From a virus: a stretch of 37,689 nucleotides of DNA. The stretch is taken from the IMG/VR virus record IMGVR_UViG_3300027719_000019, positions 1-37,689 of that record; one strand, given 5' to 3'. Of the stretch, positions 15,036 to 23,050 are shown piece by piece. Positions within the stretch are counted from its first letter, which is position 1. Each line of letters begins with the position of its first letter. Position numbers and translations under genes: made by a program. The notes beneath the pieces are model-generated. The model worked only from the letters and a program-made list of their open reading frames with translations, ran no database searches and was not told the DNA's origin.

Positions 15036-15080
15036 CCCGGCGTATAGCCAGAAATGGAATGCGCCGGGATTTTGTTTTTA
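15036..15080 (+). terminator. Promoter-proximal intrinsic terminator in the late leader (copy A)
   Basis: Stem CCCGGCG (15036-42) / CGCCGGG (15062-68), followed by ATTTTGTTTTTA. Confidence 0.6.
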
Positions 15081-15095
15081 ACGATAGAGGTATGA

Positions 15096-15668
15096 GTGGT
15101 AAGGCCAAAAGGGTTGACGAACAGGCAGCAGTTATTTATCGAATATTATCTTCAAAGCTGGAACGCCTGCGACGCGGCGCGGAAAGCGGGGTTCAGGCAC
15201 GCTGACAACCTGGGTGCCCGGCTGGTCAAAAATCCGGATATTAAAACGGCGATTGACGAGCGGATGAGATCCATCCAGATGCAGACGGATGAGGCACTGG
15301 TGCGCCTGACACAGATGGCGCGGGGCAACCTGGCAGATTTCATCACCATCGAGCAAATACCGCTGAACCGGCGCGGAAAACCAGTGCTGGATAGTGCCGG
15401 CAATCCAGTCATGGGGGAGACAGTCAAGGTCAATTTTCAGGCAGTCCGGGAGCGCGGGTATCTGATCAAATCGCTGACCTATGACCGCTCCGGGAATCCA
15501 AAACTGGAGATGTACGACGCCCAGGGCGCACTGGTCCAGATTGGCCGGGCGCATGGGCTGTTTACCGACCGGGTAGAGGACGTGAAAACCCCTCAGGTAG
15601 TTTTGTACATGCCGGATAACCAGCGGGATACCCCAAAACCTGAGTTACCAGGGGAGCCACATGAGTGA
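15096..15668 (+). CDS. terS: Terminase small subunit (Terminase_4 / P27-like)
   Basis: GTG lies 5 nt after AGAGG, with an in-frame TGA immediately upstream. The N-terminus LTNRQQLFIEYYLQSWNACDAARKAGF is the conserved HTH of this family. Confidence 0.85.
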   Translation: MVRPKGLTNRQQLFIEYYLQSWNACDAARKAGFRHADNLGARLVKNPDIKTAIDERMRSIQMQTDEALVRLTQMARGNLADFITIEQIPLNRRGKPVLDSAGNPVMGETVKVNFQAVRERGYLIKSLTYDRSGNPKLEMYDAQGALVQIGRAHGLFTDRVEDVKTPQVVLYMPDNQRDTPKPELPGEPHE

Positions 15669-17043
15669 CAGCATCCGTCCCCAGGCAGGACGGCAAGAGC
15701 AGTTTTTATCCACCCCGGCTGATATCGCCATCTACGGCGGGAGCGCGGGCGGTGGAAAAACATGGTCCCTGCTGATTGAACCGTTGAGACACATGAGCAA
15801 CGGCAATTTTGGCGCGGTCATATTCCGGCGTTCGTATCCGGAGATAACCAACGAAGGCGGCCTGTGGGATGAGAGCAAGCGAATCTATTCCCAGCTCAAC
15901 GGGCGGGATGTAAAGGGAGACCTGTACTGGCGTTTTCCGAGCGGGATGCGGGTATCGTTTGCGCACCTGCAGCACGAGGACACGGTGACAGACTGGCGCG
16001 GGGCGCAGATTGCGCTGATCGAATTCGACCAGCTGGAAACGTTTACCCAACATCAATTTTTCTATATGCTCAGCCGAAACAGAACCATGTGCGGCGTGCG
16101 GCCCTACATCCGGGCGAGCTGCAACCCGGAGCCGGGCTGGCTGGCCGACTTTTTGAGCTGGTGGATTGCGGAGGACGGTTACGCGGATCTATCCCGTGCT
16201 GGACAGGTGCGCTGGATGGTCCGGCGAGGGGATGACCTGTACTGGGGTGATTCCAGGGATGAAATAGAAACGCGGTTCGGTGTGGACTGCGGCGCGTTGT
16301 CGGTGACGTTCATCCCTGCGACCGTGTTTGACAATAAAGTGCTGCTGGCCAGCAACCCGGGTTACCTGGCGAACCTGCGATCATTGCCACTGGTGGACCG
16401 TGAACGGCTGTTGGGGGACAGCGCCAGAGGTGGAAACTGGAAAATCAAGCCCGCGGCGGGCAAAGTTTTCAACCGGGCGTGGTTCAGGGTTGCCGATTCC
16501 ATCCCTGCCGGTGGCGTGGTGTGCCGGCGTTGGGACTTTGCCGCGACGGAAAAGCAGCTCAACAAATCCGACCCGGATTACACGGCCAGTTGTTTGATGC
16601 TCAAAGCGGACGGTGTTTTTTATGTGCTGGATGTGACCGCTGAACAACTGCCGCCCAGCAAGATTGACAGCTATTACGAAAACATCACCCGGCAGGACGC
16701 GGCGCGGTGCAAGCTGGAAAAGCGGCAATATTTGTCCAGGTGGGAGCAGGAGCCGGGGAGCGCTGGCAAGCGGGAGAGCTGGCGAATGACCAAGCGAATG
16801 GCGGGGATTGATGCCAAGGGGATCGCGTCCAACCAGGACAAACTGGTGCGAGCCAAACCGCTGGCCACCCAGACCGAGACGGGCAACGTGTATCTGCTGC
16901 CGGGCGCATGGAATGAGCGGTTTCTGACCCACATGCACGGACAGCCGGAACTGCCGCACGATGACATCATGGACGCGGCAGCCGGTGCGTTTGAAGATTT
17001 GACCCACGCTGTTGTCCGCAGCGCGAACAGTTATCAGGGATAA
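15661..17043 (+). CDS. terL: Terminase large subunit
   Basis: Walker A IYGGSAGGGKTWS and Walker B ALIEFDQLE. There is a C-terminal nuclease-like half. It overlaps terS. Confidence 0.9.
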   Translation: MSDSIRPQAGRQEQFLSTPADIAIYGGSAGGGKTWSLLIEPLRHMSNGNFGAVIFRRSYPEITNEGGLWDESKRIYSQLNGRDVKGDLYWRFPSGMRVSFAHLQHEDTVTDWRGAQIALIEFDQLETFTQHQFFYMLSRNRTMCGVRPYIRASCNPEPGWLADFLSWWIAEDGYADLSRAGQVRWMVRRGDDLYWGDSRDEIETRFGVDCGALSVTFIPATVFDNKVLLASNPGYLANLRSLPLVDRERLLGDSARGGNWKIKPAAGKVFNRAWFRVADSIPAGGVVCRRWDFAATEKQLNKSDPDYTASCLMLKADGVFYVLDVTAEQLPPSKIDSYYENITRQDAARCKLEKRQYLSRWEQEPGSAGKRESWRMTKRMAGIDAKGIASNQDKLVRAKPLATQTETGNVYLLPGAWNERFLTHMHGQPELPHDDIMDAAAGAFEDLTHAVVRSANSYQG

Positions 17044-17058
17044 AAATAGAGGTAGGAA

Positions 17059-18387
17059 ATGAGTGACTTAAAAAAAGCGTTCGATGCCATCACGGCCAAA
17101 CAGAAACCGCTGACCCAACTGATCAACTATTACCACGGCGAACAGCCGATGGTGTACACCAGCAAACGCCTGGTGGATGTATTCGGCAGTGCCATGGAAG
17201 ACTTCACCGAGAACTGGTGCGGGGTCGTGGTAGACAGCATCAAGGAGCGGATGACCCTCAAGGCGTTTGACGCTGGCGCTGCCCAGGCTACGCTGGATAA
17301 AATCATTGAGGCCAACCAGCTCTATCTGGAGGCTGCCGACCTGCACGAGATGGTACTGGCTGCCGGTCATGCCTATCTGCATGTCTGGGACGAAGGCAAC
17401 GGGGTAGAAATTTACTTTAATGACCCGAGACAGTGTGTTATATTCTACGACCCGCAACGCCCGCGGATACGGACCTACGCGGCCAAACTTTGGACGGATG
17501 AACGGGCACACATCACGCTGTATTACCCCGACCGGTTTGAATACTACATCAGCCGGGGAAAAGGAACGGATGTAACTGAAGCTGGAGCGTTTGAACTGGA
17601 TACCAGCATCAGCGAGACCGGAACGGCGGTCAATGAAACTGGCGGCATCCCGCTGTTTGAGTTCTGCGGCAACCGGCAGAAGAAATCTGATCTCTCCAAT
17701 GTGATCAAAATCCAGAACGGGATCAACAAACTGCTGGGGGATATGATGGTGGCGGCAGAGTACGGCGCGTTTCGACAGCGCTGGATTATCAGCAATTCGG
17801 ATATCACTAAATTGAGAAACGCACCCAACGAAATCTGGAATCTACCGGGTGGGGATGGGGTTGGCCAGCAGACGCAGGTGGGCGAGTTCAGCCCAACAGA
17901 CCTGGGCAACTACCTGAACGCCATCGACCGGCTGGCAGGAGATATCGCCAGGGTAACCCGATTGCCGAAGCACTATTTCTACAGCCAGGGCGGGGATCCG
18001 AGCGGTGAGGCGCTGATGGCCATGGAGGCCCCGTTGATCAAGCGAGTGAAATCCAGAATCGAACGGATTGAACCCACCTGGCAACAGGCAATGGCGTTTG
18101 CGCTGCAATGCGCAGGGATTACCGGTGAGGCCAAACCCATCTGGGACTCGGTTGAGAGCGTCCAGCCAGTGACACAGGCAGACATCCGGGTAAAGAATAA
18201 ATCTGCCGGCATTCCACTGCGCAGCACCTTACGCTGGGAAGGGCGGAGTGATCAGGAGATTGCCGACGTGGAAGCGGATATCGTTGCCGAACAAACCGCG
18301 GCGAACAGCAATCTGGCCAAGGCACTGCTGGAACAGCAACGGCAGTTTGACCAGGGGAATGTTGACCAGGGGAACGGGGTTGTATGA
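17059..18387 (+). CDS. Portal protein (SPP1 gp6-like)
   Basis: 442 aa, placed between terL and the MuF/gp7-like gene. The size and order are canonical. Confidence 0.8.
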   Translation: MSDLKKAFDAITAKQKPLTQLINYYHGEQPMVYTSKRLVDVFGSAMEDFTENWCGVVVDSIKERMTLKAFDAGAAQATLDKIIEANQLYLEAADLHEMVLAAGHAYLHVWDEGNGVEIYFNDPRQCVIFYDPQRPRIRTYAAKLWTDERAHITLYYPDRFEYYISRGKGTDVTEAGAFELDTSISETGTAVNETGGIPLFEFCGNRQKKSDLSNVIKIQNGINKLLGDMMVAAEYGAFRQRWIISNSDITKLRNAPNEIWNLPGGDGVGQQTQVGEFSPTDLGNYLNAIDRLAGDIARVTRLPKHYFYSQGGDPSGEALMAMEAPLIKRVKSRIERIEPTWQQAMAFALQCAGITGEAKPIWDSVESVQPVTQADIRVKNKSAGIPLRSTLRWEGRSDQEIADVEADIVAEQTAANSNLAKALLEQQRQFDQGNVDQGNGVV

Positions 18388-19397
18388 GCAGCGGCAGCAC
18401 CCCGCAGGTGATCGCCCGGCTCAACGAGTTCCGGAGTGAATTGAACGCCGGGGAAATCAGCCAGTTCGGTGAGATGACCCGGCGCTGGCGGGATGTGGAG
18501 CGCGGGATGACCGACAAGCTGCAGCTGCTGCTGGATGATATTGCCGCCCGGCAGGCACGCGGGGAGACTGTCAGCCAGTCCAAATTATTCCAGATGGAGC
18601 GTTACCAGGCACTGCTGGCACAGACCCATACTGAGTATAAAAGTTACAGCCGGTGGGCGGCGGAGATGATCGAGCGCAAACAGGGGGATTTGGCCGCGTT
18701 TGGCATCCGGTCGGCAACGGACCTGATTCGGGCGCAGTACATGGACGCGGGGATGGTCGGAGCGCGGTTTGATATCCTGCCGGTGGAAGCGATCAACGCA
18801 GGAATCGGGTTTGCGGCGGACGGCACTCCATTGAAAAAGTTATTGACTGACCGGTATCCGGATGCAGCAGCAGGGATGACCCGGCAAATTATCGACAGCC
18901 TGGCGCAGGGAATCAACCCGCGGGAGACCGCGCGGTATCTGAATGCGTTGGGGGCGGGGTTACAGCACAGCCTGGTGGTGGCACGAACCGAACAGATTCG
19001 GGCGTACCGGCAGGCAACCAGCGAGCAGTACAAAGCGAGCGGGGTGGTAAAAAGCTACCGGCGCAATGCAGCAAAACAAGAAAGAACCTGCCTGGCGTGC
19101 CTGGCATTGGATGGGAAAATACAGGCGACCGAGGATCTGTTTGAAAACCATCCGTGCTGCAGGTGCTTTATCACGCCGGTGATTGATGGTCTACCACCGG
19201 TGGAGGTGGAGAGCGGGGCGGCGTGGTTTGCCCGGCAGGATGACGCTACACAAAAATCGATGATGGGGGAGGAACGATTTGCGGCATGGAAGGACGGCCA
19301 GTTTGGGTTCGGAGACCTGGCAAAGGTGCATGAGCATGAAGTATGGGGTCCAACGGTGGGGATTACACCTTTGAGCGAGCTGGTGGCAGGTAAATAA
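18384..19397 (+). CDS. Head morphogenesis protein (Mu F / SPP1 gp7 family)
   Basis: The C-terminal signature is ..ERTCLACLALDGK...FENHPCCRCFITPV. It overlaps the portal stop. Confidence 0.8.
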   Translation: MSSGSTPQVIARLNEFRSELNAGEISQFGEMTRRWRDVERGMTDKLQLLLDDIAARQARGETVSQSKLFQMERYQALLAQTHTEYKSYSRWAAEMIERKQGDLAAFGIRSATDLIRAQYMDAGMVGARFDILPVEAINAGIGFAADGTPLKKLLTDRYPDAAAGMTRQIIDSLAQGINPRETARYLNALGAGLQHSLVVARTEQIRAYRQATSEQYKASGVVKSYRRNAAKQERTCLACLALDGKIQATEDLFENHPCCRCFITPVIDGLPPVEVESGAAWFARQDDATQKSMMGEERFAAWKDGQFGFGDLAKVHEHEVWGPTVGITPLSELVAGK

Positions 19398-19403
19398 AAA
19401 AAT

Positions 19404-19421
19404 CCCCCGGAAAACCGGGGG
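19404..19421. terminator. Bidirectional intrinsic terminator between convergent genes
   Basis: CCCCCGG aaaa CCGGGGG, flanked by an A-run on the left and a T-rich tract on the right. Confidence 0.75.
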
Positions 19422-19443
19422 TGATTGTTATTATTTGTCTTTT

Positions 19444-19881
19444 TTATTTGATAACGCCTGTCCACTTTGCCGCGCCGTTGCGGATCAGATAGGAAACCAG
19501 TTCGCTCCATGAACCATTACCTTTGACAAACGCCGTTACCTCGTGCCATTTCCGGGCTGCATCCTGTACCATGATCTGAAACCCCCAGCGGCCATCGGGG
19601 AGCTGGCAGATGTTAAAATATTTGTTGTCTTTAGTGCGCCAAGTTTGGTACGCGCCGGTTTTGCACAACGTATCCCGGATTGCCTCGGCGTCTGTGCCGT
19701 GTCTAATCACAGCGTGTTCGTGCTGGATGACTCCGGGGAGCGCAGCAAACACTGCATTGAGTTCGCTTTGCATGGATATATCCCACGCGGCGGTTTGTGC
19801 GATTGGCAAAATTAACACCGCCACAGCCAGCAAAATCAATCCAACGAATGAAACTTTGATGGTCGCGATGGTGTTTGGCAT
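19444..19881 (-). CDS. Secreted or anchored protein of unknown function (145 aa)
   Basis: AGGAGG SD. The signal-like N-terminus IKVSFVGLILLAVAVLILPIAQTAA is followed by a 2-Cys globular domain. It lies on the strand opposite the surrounding late genes. Confidence 0.65.
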   Translation of the reverse strand: MPNTIATIKVSFVGLILLAVAVLILPIAQTAAWDISMQSELNAVFAALPGVIQHEHAVIRHGTDAEAIRDTLCKTGAYQTWRTKDNKYFNICQLPDGRWGFQIMVQDAARKWHEVTAFVKGNGSWSELVSYLIRNGAAKWTGVIK

Positions 19882-20088
19882 TTATTCCTCCTGTGCTAAA
19901 CTTTTGATCACAAAAATAAAATCTTCCATGGTCATCTGGTCGGTCGAACCGGCCACGGCCCGGAGCATATCGATGGTTTGTTCGTCCTTTGTACCGCAAA
20001 CCGCCTGTGTGTTTGCAGCATCCCGTGTCTCGTCAGTCACATGACCGACAAGAATCAAGTCCAAAAAAGCCTGCCATAAAATTTCCAT
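19882..20088 (-). CDS. Hypothetical acidic protein (68 aa)
   Basis: AGGAGTAACA SD. Its stop abuts the start of the next gene. Confidence 0.6.
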   Translation of the reverse strand: MEILWQAFLDLILVGHVTDETRDAANTQAVCGTKDEQTIDMLRAVAGSTDQMTMEDFIFVIKSLAQEE

Positions 20089-20133
20089 TGTTACTCCTAT
20101 TCGCGTATATCCCCAGGTGCGGGGAAGGTTGCT

Positions 20134-20354
20134 TTATTTCTTCGGTCTCCCTGCTTTGCTCCGCTGCACCCCTACCAGGTCCGCTCGTTTGATAAGCAGC
20201 AGTCGCTTACCAACTCTCTTTGCGGGTAATTTTCCGGTCAGGACCATTCGCCGTACTCCTGAGTCTGTTATACCCAACAGCGCGGCTACCTCAGCGGTTG
20301 TTAAAAATCCATGCCGTCCGTCCGTGCTTTATCTTCTTCGTCAAGCTGTTTCAT
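20134..20354 (-). CDS. MerR/excisionase-type HTH (HTH_17-like) protein, interrupted by a frame change at a T5 run
   Basis: AGGAGG lies 5 nt before ATG 20354 and gives MKQLDEEDKARTDGMDF*, with the stop at 20303-20301. The -1 frame continues LTTAEVAALLGITDSGVRRMVLTGKLPAKRVGKRLLLIKRADLVGVQRSKAGRPKK* and has no start codon of its own. Confidence 0.6.
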
Positions 20355-20383
20355 TCATTCCTCCTTATTTGTTTGATGTATCT

Positions 20384-20412
20384 ATAATATCACGTTAGCG
20401 TGATATATACAA
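20384..20412 (-). promoter_or_regulatory. Sigma70-like promoter of the minus-strand cassette, with a 20-bp palindromic operator in the spacer
   Basis: On the minus strand: TTGTAT, 17 nt, TATTAT. The spacer is ATATCACGCTAACGTGATAT, which is the complement of 20387..20406 (8-bp perfect arms). Confidence 0.6.
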
Positions 20413-20473
20413 TCCCCCAATATATAAAGCGGCGAAAATATTATTTAATGTTCTATTGTTCTATTTTTGGGAT

Positions 20474-20502
20474 AAAAAAAAGGGCAGCCTGGGGAGCTGC
20501 CC
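20474..20502 (-). terminator. Strong minus-strand intrinsic terminator with no obvious upstream gene
   Basis: GGGCAGC (20482-88) / GCTGCCC (20496-502). On the minus strand the hairpin is followed by T8 (A8 at 20474-81). Confidence 0.65.
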
Positions 20503-20635
20503 GACCGACAAAGGAGATCTCAGGACAGAGACGCTGCTGAAACAAGAGACGAGATCAGTATAGCACGGGGGGCAAGGGAGGCTCAAGGGAATGAGATTAG
20601 GATCATAATTGGACACATCCCTTACAGCCCATGTT

Positions 20636-20679
20636 ATACTGAGTATATAACTGAATAGGGAATTTGGAGTTTACCGCCC
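20636..20679 (+). promoter_or_regulatory. Late promoter B (TATATAAC region overlapping an ATACTGAGTAT motif) plus the conserved leader box GGGAATTTGGAGTTTACCGCCC
   Basis: The box at 20658-20679 matches 15017-15038. A -10-like TATATA/TATAAC lies at 20644-20651. Confidence 0.55.
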
Positions 20680-20716
20680 AAGATGCACAGATGTGTGTCG
20701 GGCGGTTTTTGTTTTT
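20674..20716 (+). terminator. Promoter-proximal intrinsic terminator in the late leader (copy B)
   Basis: CCGCCC (20674-79) / GGGCGG (20700-05) with an extended inner stem, followed by TTTTTGTTTTT. Confidence 0.7.
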
Positions 20717-20737
20717 AACTTACTGTTTGGAGGGCGT

Positions 20738-21118
20738 ATGAGTTGGTTATCGTTAGACGTTATCAAAACTGTTATTGGTCCGCAGATTGCCGCATTGATC
20801 GGTTTGATCGCTCTGCAGGTGCTGCTGGCCTGTGCGCTGGCGGTCCGCCAGAAGAAATTTGCCTGGAGAAAACTGGCAGATTTTTACCGTGTCATGGTCC
20901 TGCCGATGCTGATCGGCTGGCTGGGATTTGTTGTCCTTGCCCGGCTGGCGAGTGAGGCCATTCTGGGACCGGAGTACGGCATGTTGGCAGGGAATATGGT
21001 GAGCTGGTTAGCCTGGCTGGCAGTGGTCGCGAGTTTAGGCGGGCGGATTGTTGATACAGCCAAGGAATTATACGGCAGCCGGTTACCGTTCACTGCGGGC
21101 AGTGGAGATCCGAAATAA
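20738..21118 (+). CDS. Three-TM membrane protein, holin-like
   Basis: ATG 20738 follows GGAGGG. The three hydrophobic helices are IAALIGLIALQVLLACALAV, VMVLPMLIGWLGFVVLARLA and MVSWLAWLAVVASLGG, followed by a charged tail. Confidence 0.45.
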   Translation: MSWLSLDVIKTVIGPQIAALIGLIALQVLLACALAVRQKKFAWRKLADFYRVMVLPMLIGWLGFVVLARLASEAILGPEYGMLAGNMVSWLAWLAVVASLGGRIVDTAKELYGSRLPFTAGSGDPK

Positions 21119-21525
21119 TGAGCGCACTGCCACCAGCCAGTATCTGGCTGCAATTCACCATTATCGCAATCATCGTGCTGGTCATTTCCCTGCTTGGGAT
21201 TGGTTTGTACAAAGGCTGGAAGGAATTCACCGACTGGCTGACCAAACAAAATTCGCTGAGGGAAAAAGAACGCCAGACCCAGCGCGATTGGGAAAGCGCA
21301 GAGCAAACCAAGCGCGAACTGGCACAGGATAAACGGGACGAGGTCTGGAGAGCCTATTTCACAAAAATGCAGACTGCCCAGGATGAACAACGGGCCGAGG
21401 ACCGCAAAATTCTCGGTGAACTGGTCACCACGATGAAGGAACACGACAACTGGGCACGGAAAACATTGGGACGGTTTGAGGTCGTAGAGGGTGAGACGCC
21501 CATCACGATTAAGCGACGGAAGTAG
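21118..21525 (+). CDS. N-terminally anchored coiled-coil protein
   Basis: TAATG overlap. One TM helix (IWLQFTIIAIIVLVISLLGIGL) is followed by a charged helical region. Confidence 0.55.
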   Translation: MSALPPASIWLQFTIIAIIVLVISLLGIGLYKGWKEFTDWLTKQNSLREKERQTQRDWESAEQTKRELAQDKRDEVWRAYFTKMQTAQDEQRAEDRKILGELVTTMKEHDNWARKTLGRFEVVEGETPITIKRRK

Positions 21526-21533
21526 GAGGCGAG

Positions 21534-22094
21534 ATGCCGGACGGAAACAATCAGCAACAGCAACAAAATGATGAGCAAAAACAGCAGCAGCAAAATCAAC
21601 AACAGCAACCTGCTGGCTTCGAGGCCTGGTTATCCAAACAGGATGATGCTGTCAAGCAACTTTATGAAACCCATACGCATGGGTTGAAAAACGCGTTGGA
21701 TACTGAGCGGTCCACACGGGCGGATCTGGAAAAACAGGTGAGAAACCTGGCTAAAAGCGCAGAGGCGGGAAGCCAGACGCAAACCCAGTTGACCCAGTTG
21801 GCCGACAAACTCAGTATGGTTGAGCGTCAGAATCAGTTTTATGAGTCGGCCATGGCTCCGGAGATCGGGGTCAAAAACCCACGGCTGGCGTGGATTGCGG
21901 CGCAGGACGCAAAACTGATCGGTGATGACGGCAAAACGGATTTCAAGAAACTCAAGGAGCAGTTCCCTGAGCTGTTCGCAGAACCGCAAAAACCCCCACC
22001 CGCAAAGGGAAATGGGGGAAATGGTGCGGGCAATAATGCCGGGGCGTTTTCGATGGATACCTTCATTCGGAATCAAGCCGGAGTTAAAGGTTAA
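21534..22094 (+). CDS. Scaffolding protein (GP20-like)
   Basis: AGGAGG SD. It has a poly-Gln N-terminus and a coiled coil, and lies immediately upstream of the capsid gene. Confidence 0.7.
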   Translation: MPDGNNQQQQQNDEQKQQQQNQQQQPAGFEAWLSKQDDAVKQLYETHTHGLKNALDTERSTRADLEKQVRNLAKSAEAGSQTQTQLTQLADKLSMVERQNQFYESAMAPEIGVKNPRLAWIAAQDAKLIGDDGKTDFKKLKEQFPELFAEPQKPPPAKGNGGNGAGNNAGAFSMDTFIRNQAGVKG

Positions 22095-22108
22095 GAGGAG
22101 TGTGAATT

Positions 22109-23050
22109 ATGCCTTATGACAATGTAATCAACCGGACTGATGCAGCCGGTACCATCCCCGTAGAAACCTCGTTGGAACTGATTAACACGGTTGCCAACGA
22201 ATCCAGTCATGTGATGCGTCTCGGACGCCGGCTGCGGGATATGACCGTGTACGAAAATGATATGCCGGTGCTGAGTGCGCTGGCCACCGCTTACTTCCCG
22301 GATGGTGACACCGGTCTGGTACAGACCACGGAAACCAACTGGGAAAACGTCAAAGTTTATGCAAAAGACCTGGCGGTTTTAGTTCCCATCCCGAAGAACG
22401 TGCTCAACGATGCCCGGATTCCGATGTGGGACTCGGTCAAGCCGATTCTGGCGACCGCTGCCGGTAAAGCCATCGACAACGCGATTCTGTACGGCACCAA
22501 TAAACCGGCTGCCTGGCCGACCGCGATTGTCACCGCGTCTCTGGCCGCTGCTCACAACGTATCCATTGCCGGGTTCCCTGACCTGTATGACGCCATCCTT
22601 GGCGAATCGGGTGTGTTCTCGAAGGTTGAAGTGGACGGGTTTGGTGTGACCGGCGCGATTGGTGCCCTGACCATGAAGGGCAAACTGCGCGGATGCCGTG
22701 ACAGTGAAGGTCAGCCGATTTTCACCAAGGATCCGGCTGTTGCTGCCCAGTACAACCTGGACGGTTCACCGATCTACTTCCCGCTCAACGGAGCCGGTTC
22801 TGCCACCTACCCGCTGATCGTGGGTGACTGGTCGCAGTTGGTGTACGCCATGCGTCAGGATATGGAATTTGAAGTGTTCACTGAGGGCATCATTCAGGAT
22901 GCCGCGGGGAACATTCTCTACAACCTGCTCCAGCAACGGATGGCCGCGATCATGATGACCATGCGTCTCGGTTTCGCACTGCCGAACCCGATCAACTGGG
23001 TGAACAGCGACAGCGCTACCCGGTATCCGTTCGCTCATCTGACTGCCTAA
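22109..23050 (+). CDS. Major capsid protein (HK97 fold, no delta domain)
   Basis: 313 aa, following the scaffold. Its composition and size are typical of HK97-like capsid proteins. Confidence 0.8.
   Translation: MPYDNVINRTDAAGTIPVETSLELINTVANESSHVMRLGRRLRDMTVYENDMPVLSALATAYFPDGDTGLVQTTETNWENVKVYAKDLAVLVPIPKNVLNDARIPMWDSVKPILATAAGKAIDNAILYGTNKPAAWPTAIVTASLAAAHNVSIAGFPDLYDAILGESGVFSKVEVDGFGVTGAIGALTMKGKLRGCRDSEGQPIFTKDPAVAAQYNLDGSPIYFPLNGAGSATYPLIVGDWSQLVYAMRQDMEFEVFTEGIIQDAAGNILYNLLQQRMAAIMMTMRLGFALPNPINWVNSDSATRYPFAHLTA

Noticed and set aside
15092-15205. ATG at 15092 opening a 37-codon ORF that overlaps the terS start in another frame
   Set aside because: The conserved terminase small-subunit N-terminus is in the GTG 15096 frame. 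The ATGAGT similarity with 20738 probably reflects duplication of the leader cassette.
20117-20398. 93-aa plus-strand ORF
   Set aside because: It is antisense to the SD-linked HTH gene, and its protein is proline/arginine/serine-rich junk.
21540-21615. CAG/CAA-rich repeat at the start of the scaffold gene
   Set aside because: It is in-frame poly-Gln low complexity (QQQQQNDEQKQQQQNQQQQ) within a well-supported CDS, not a separate repeat element.
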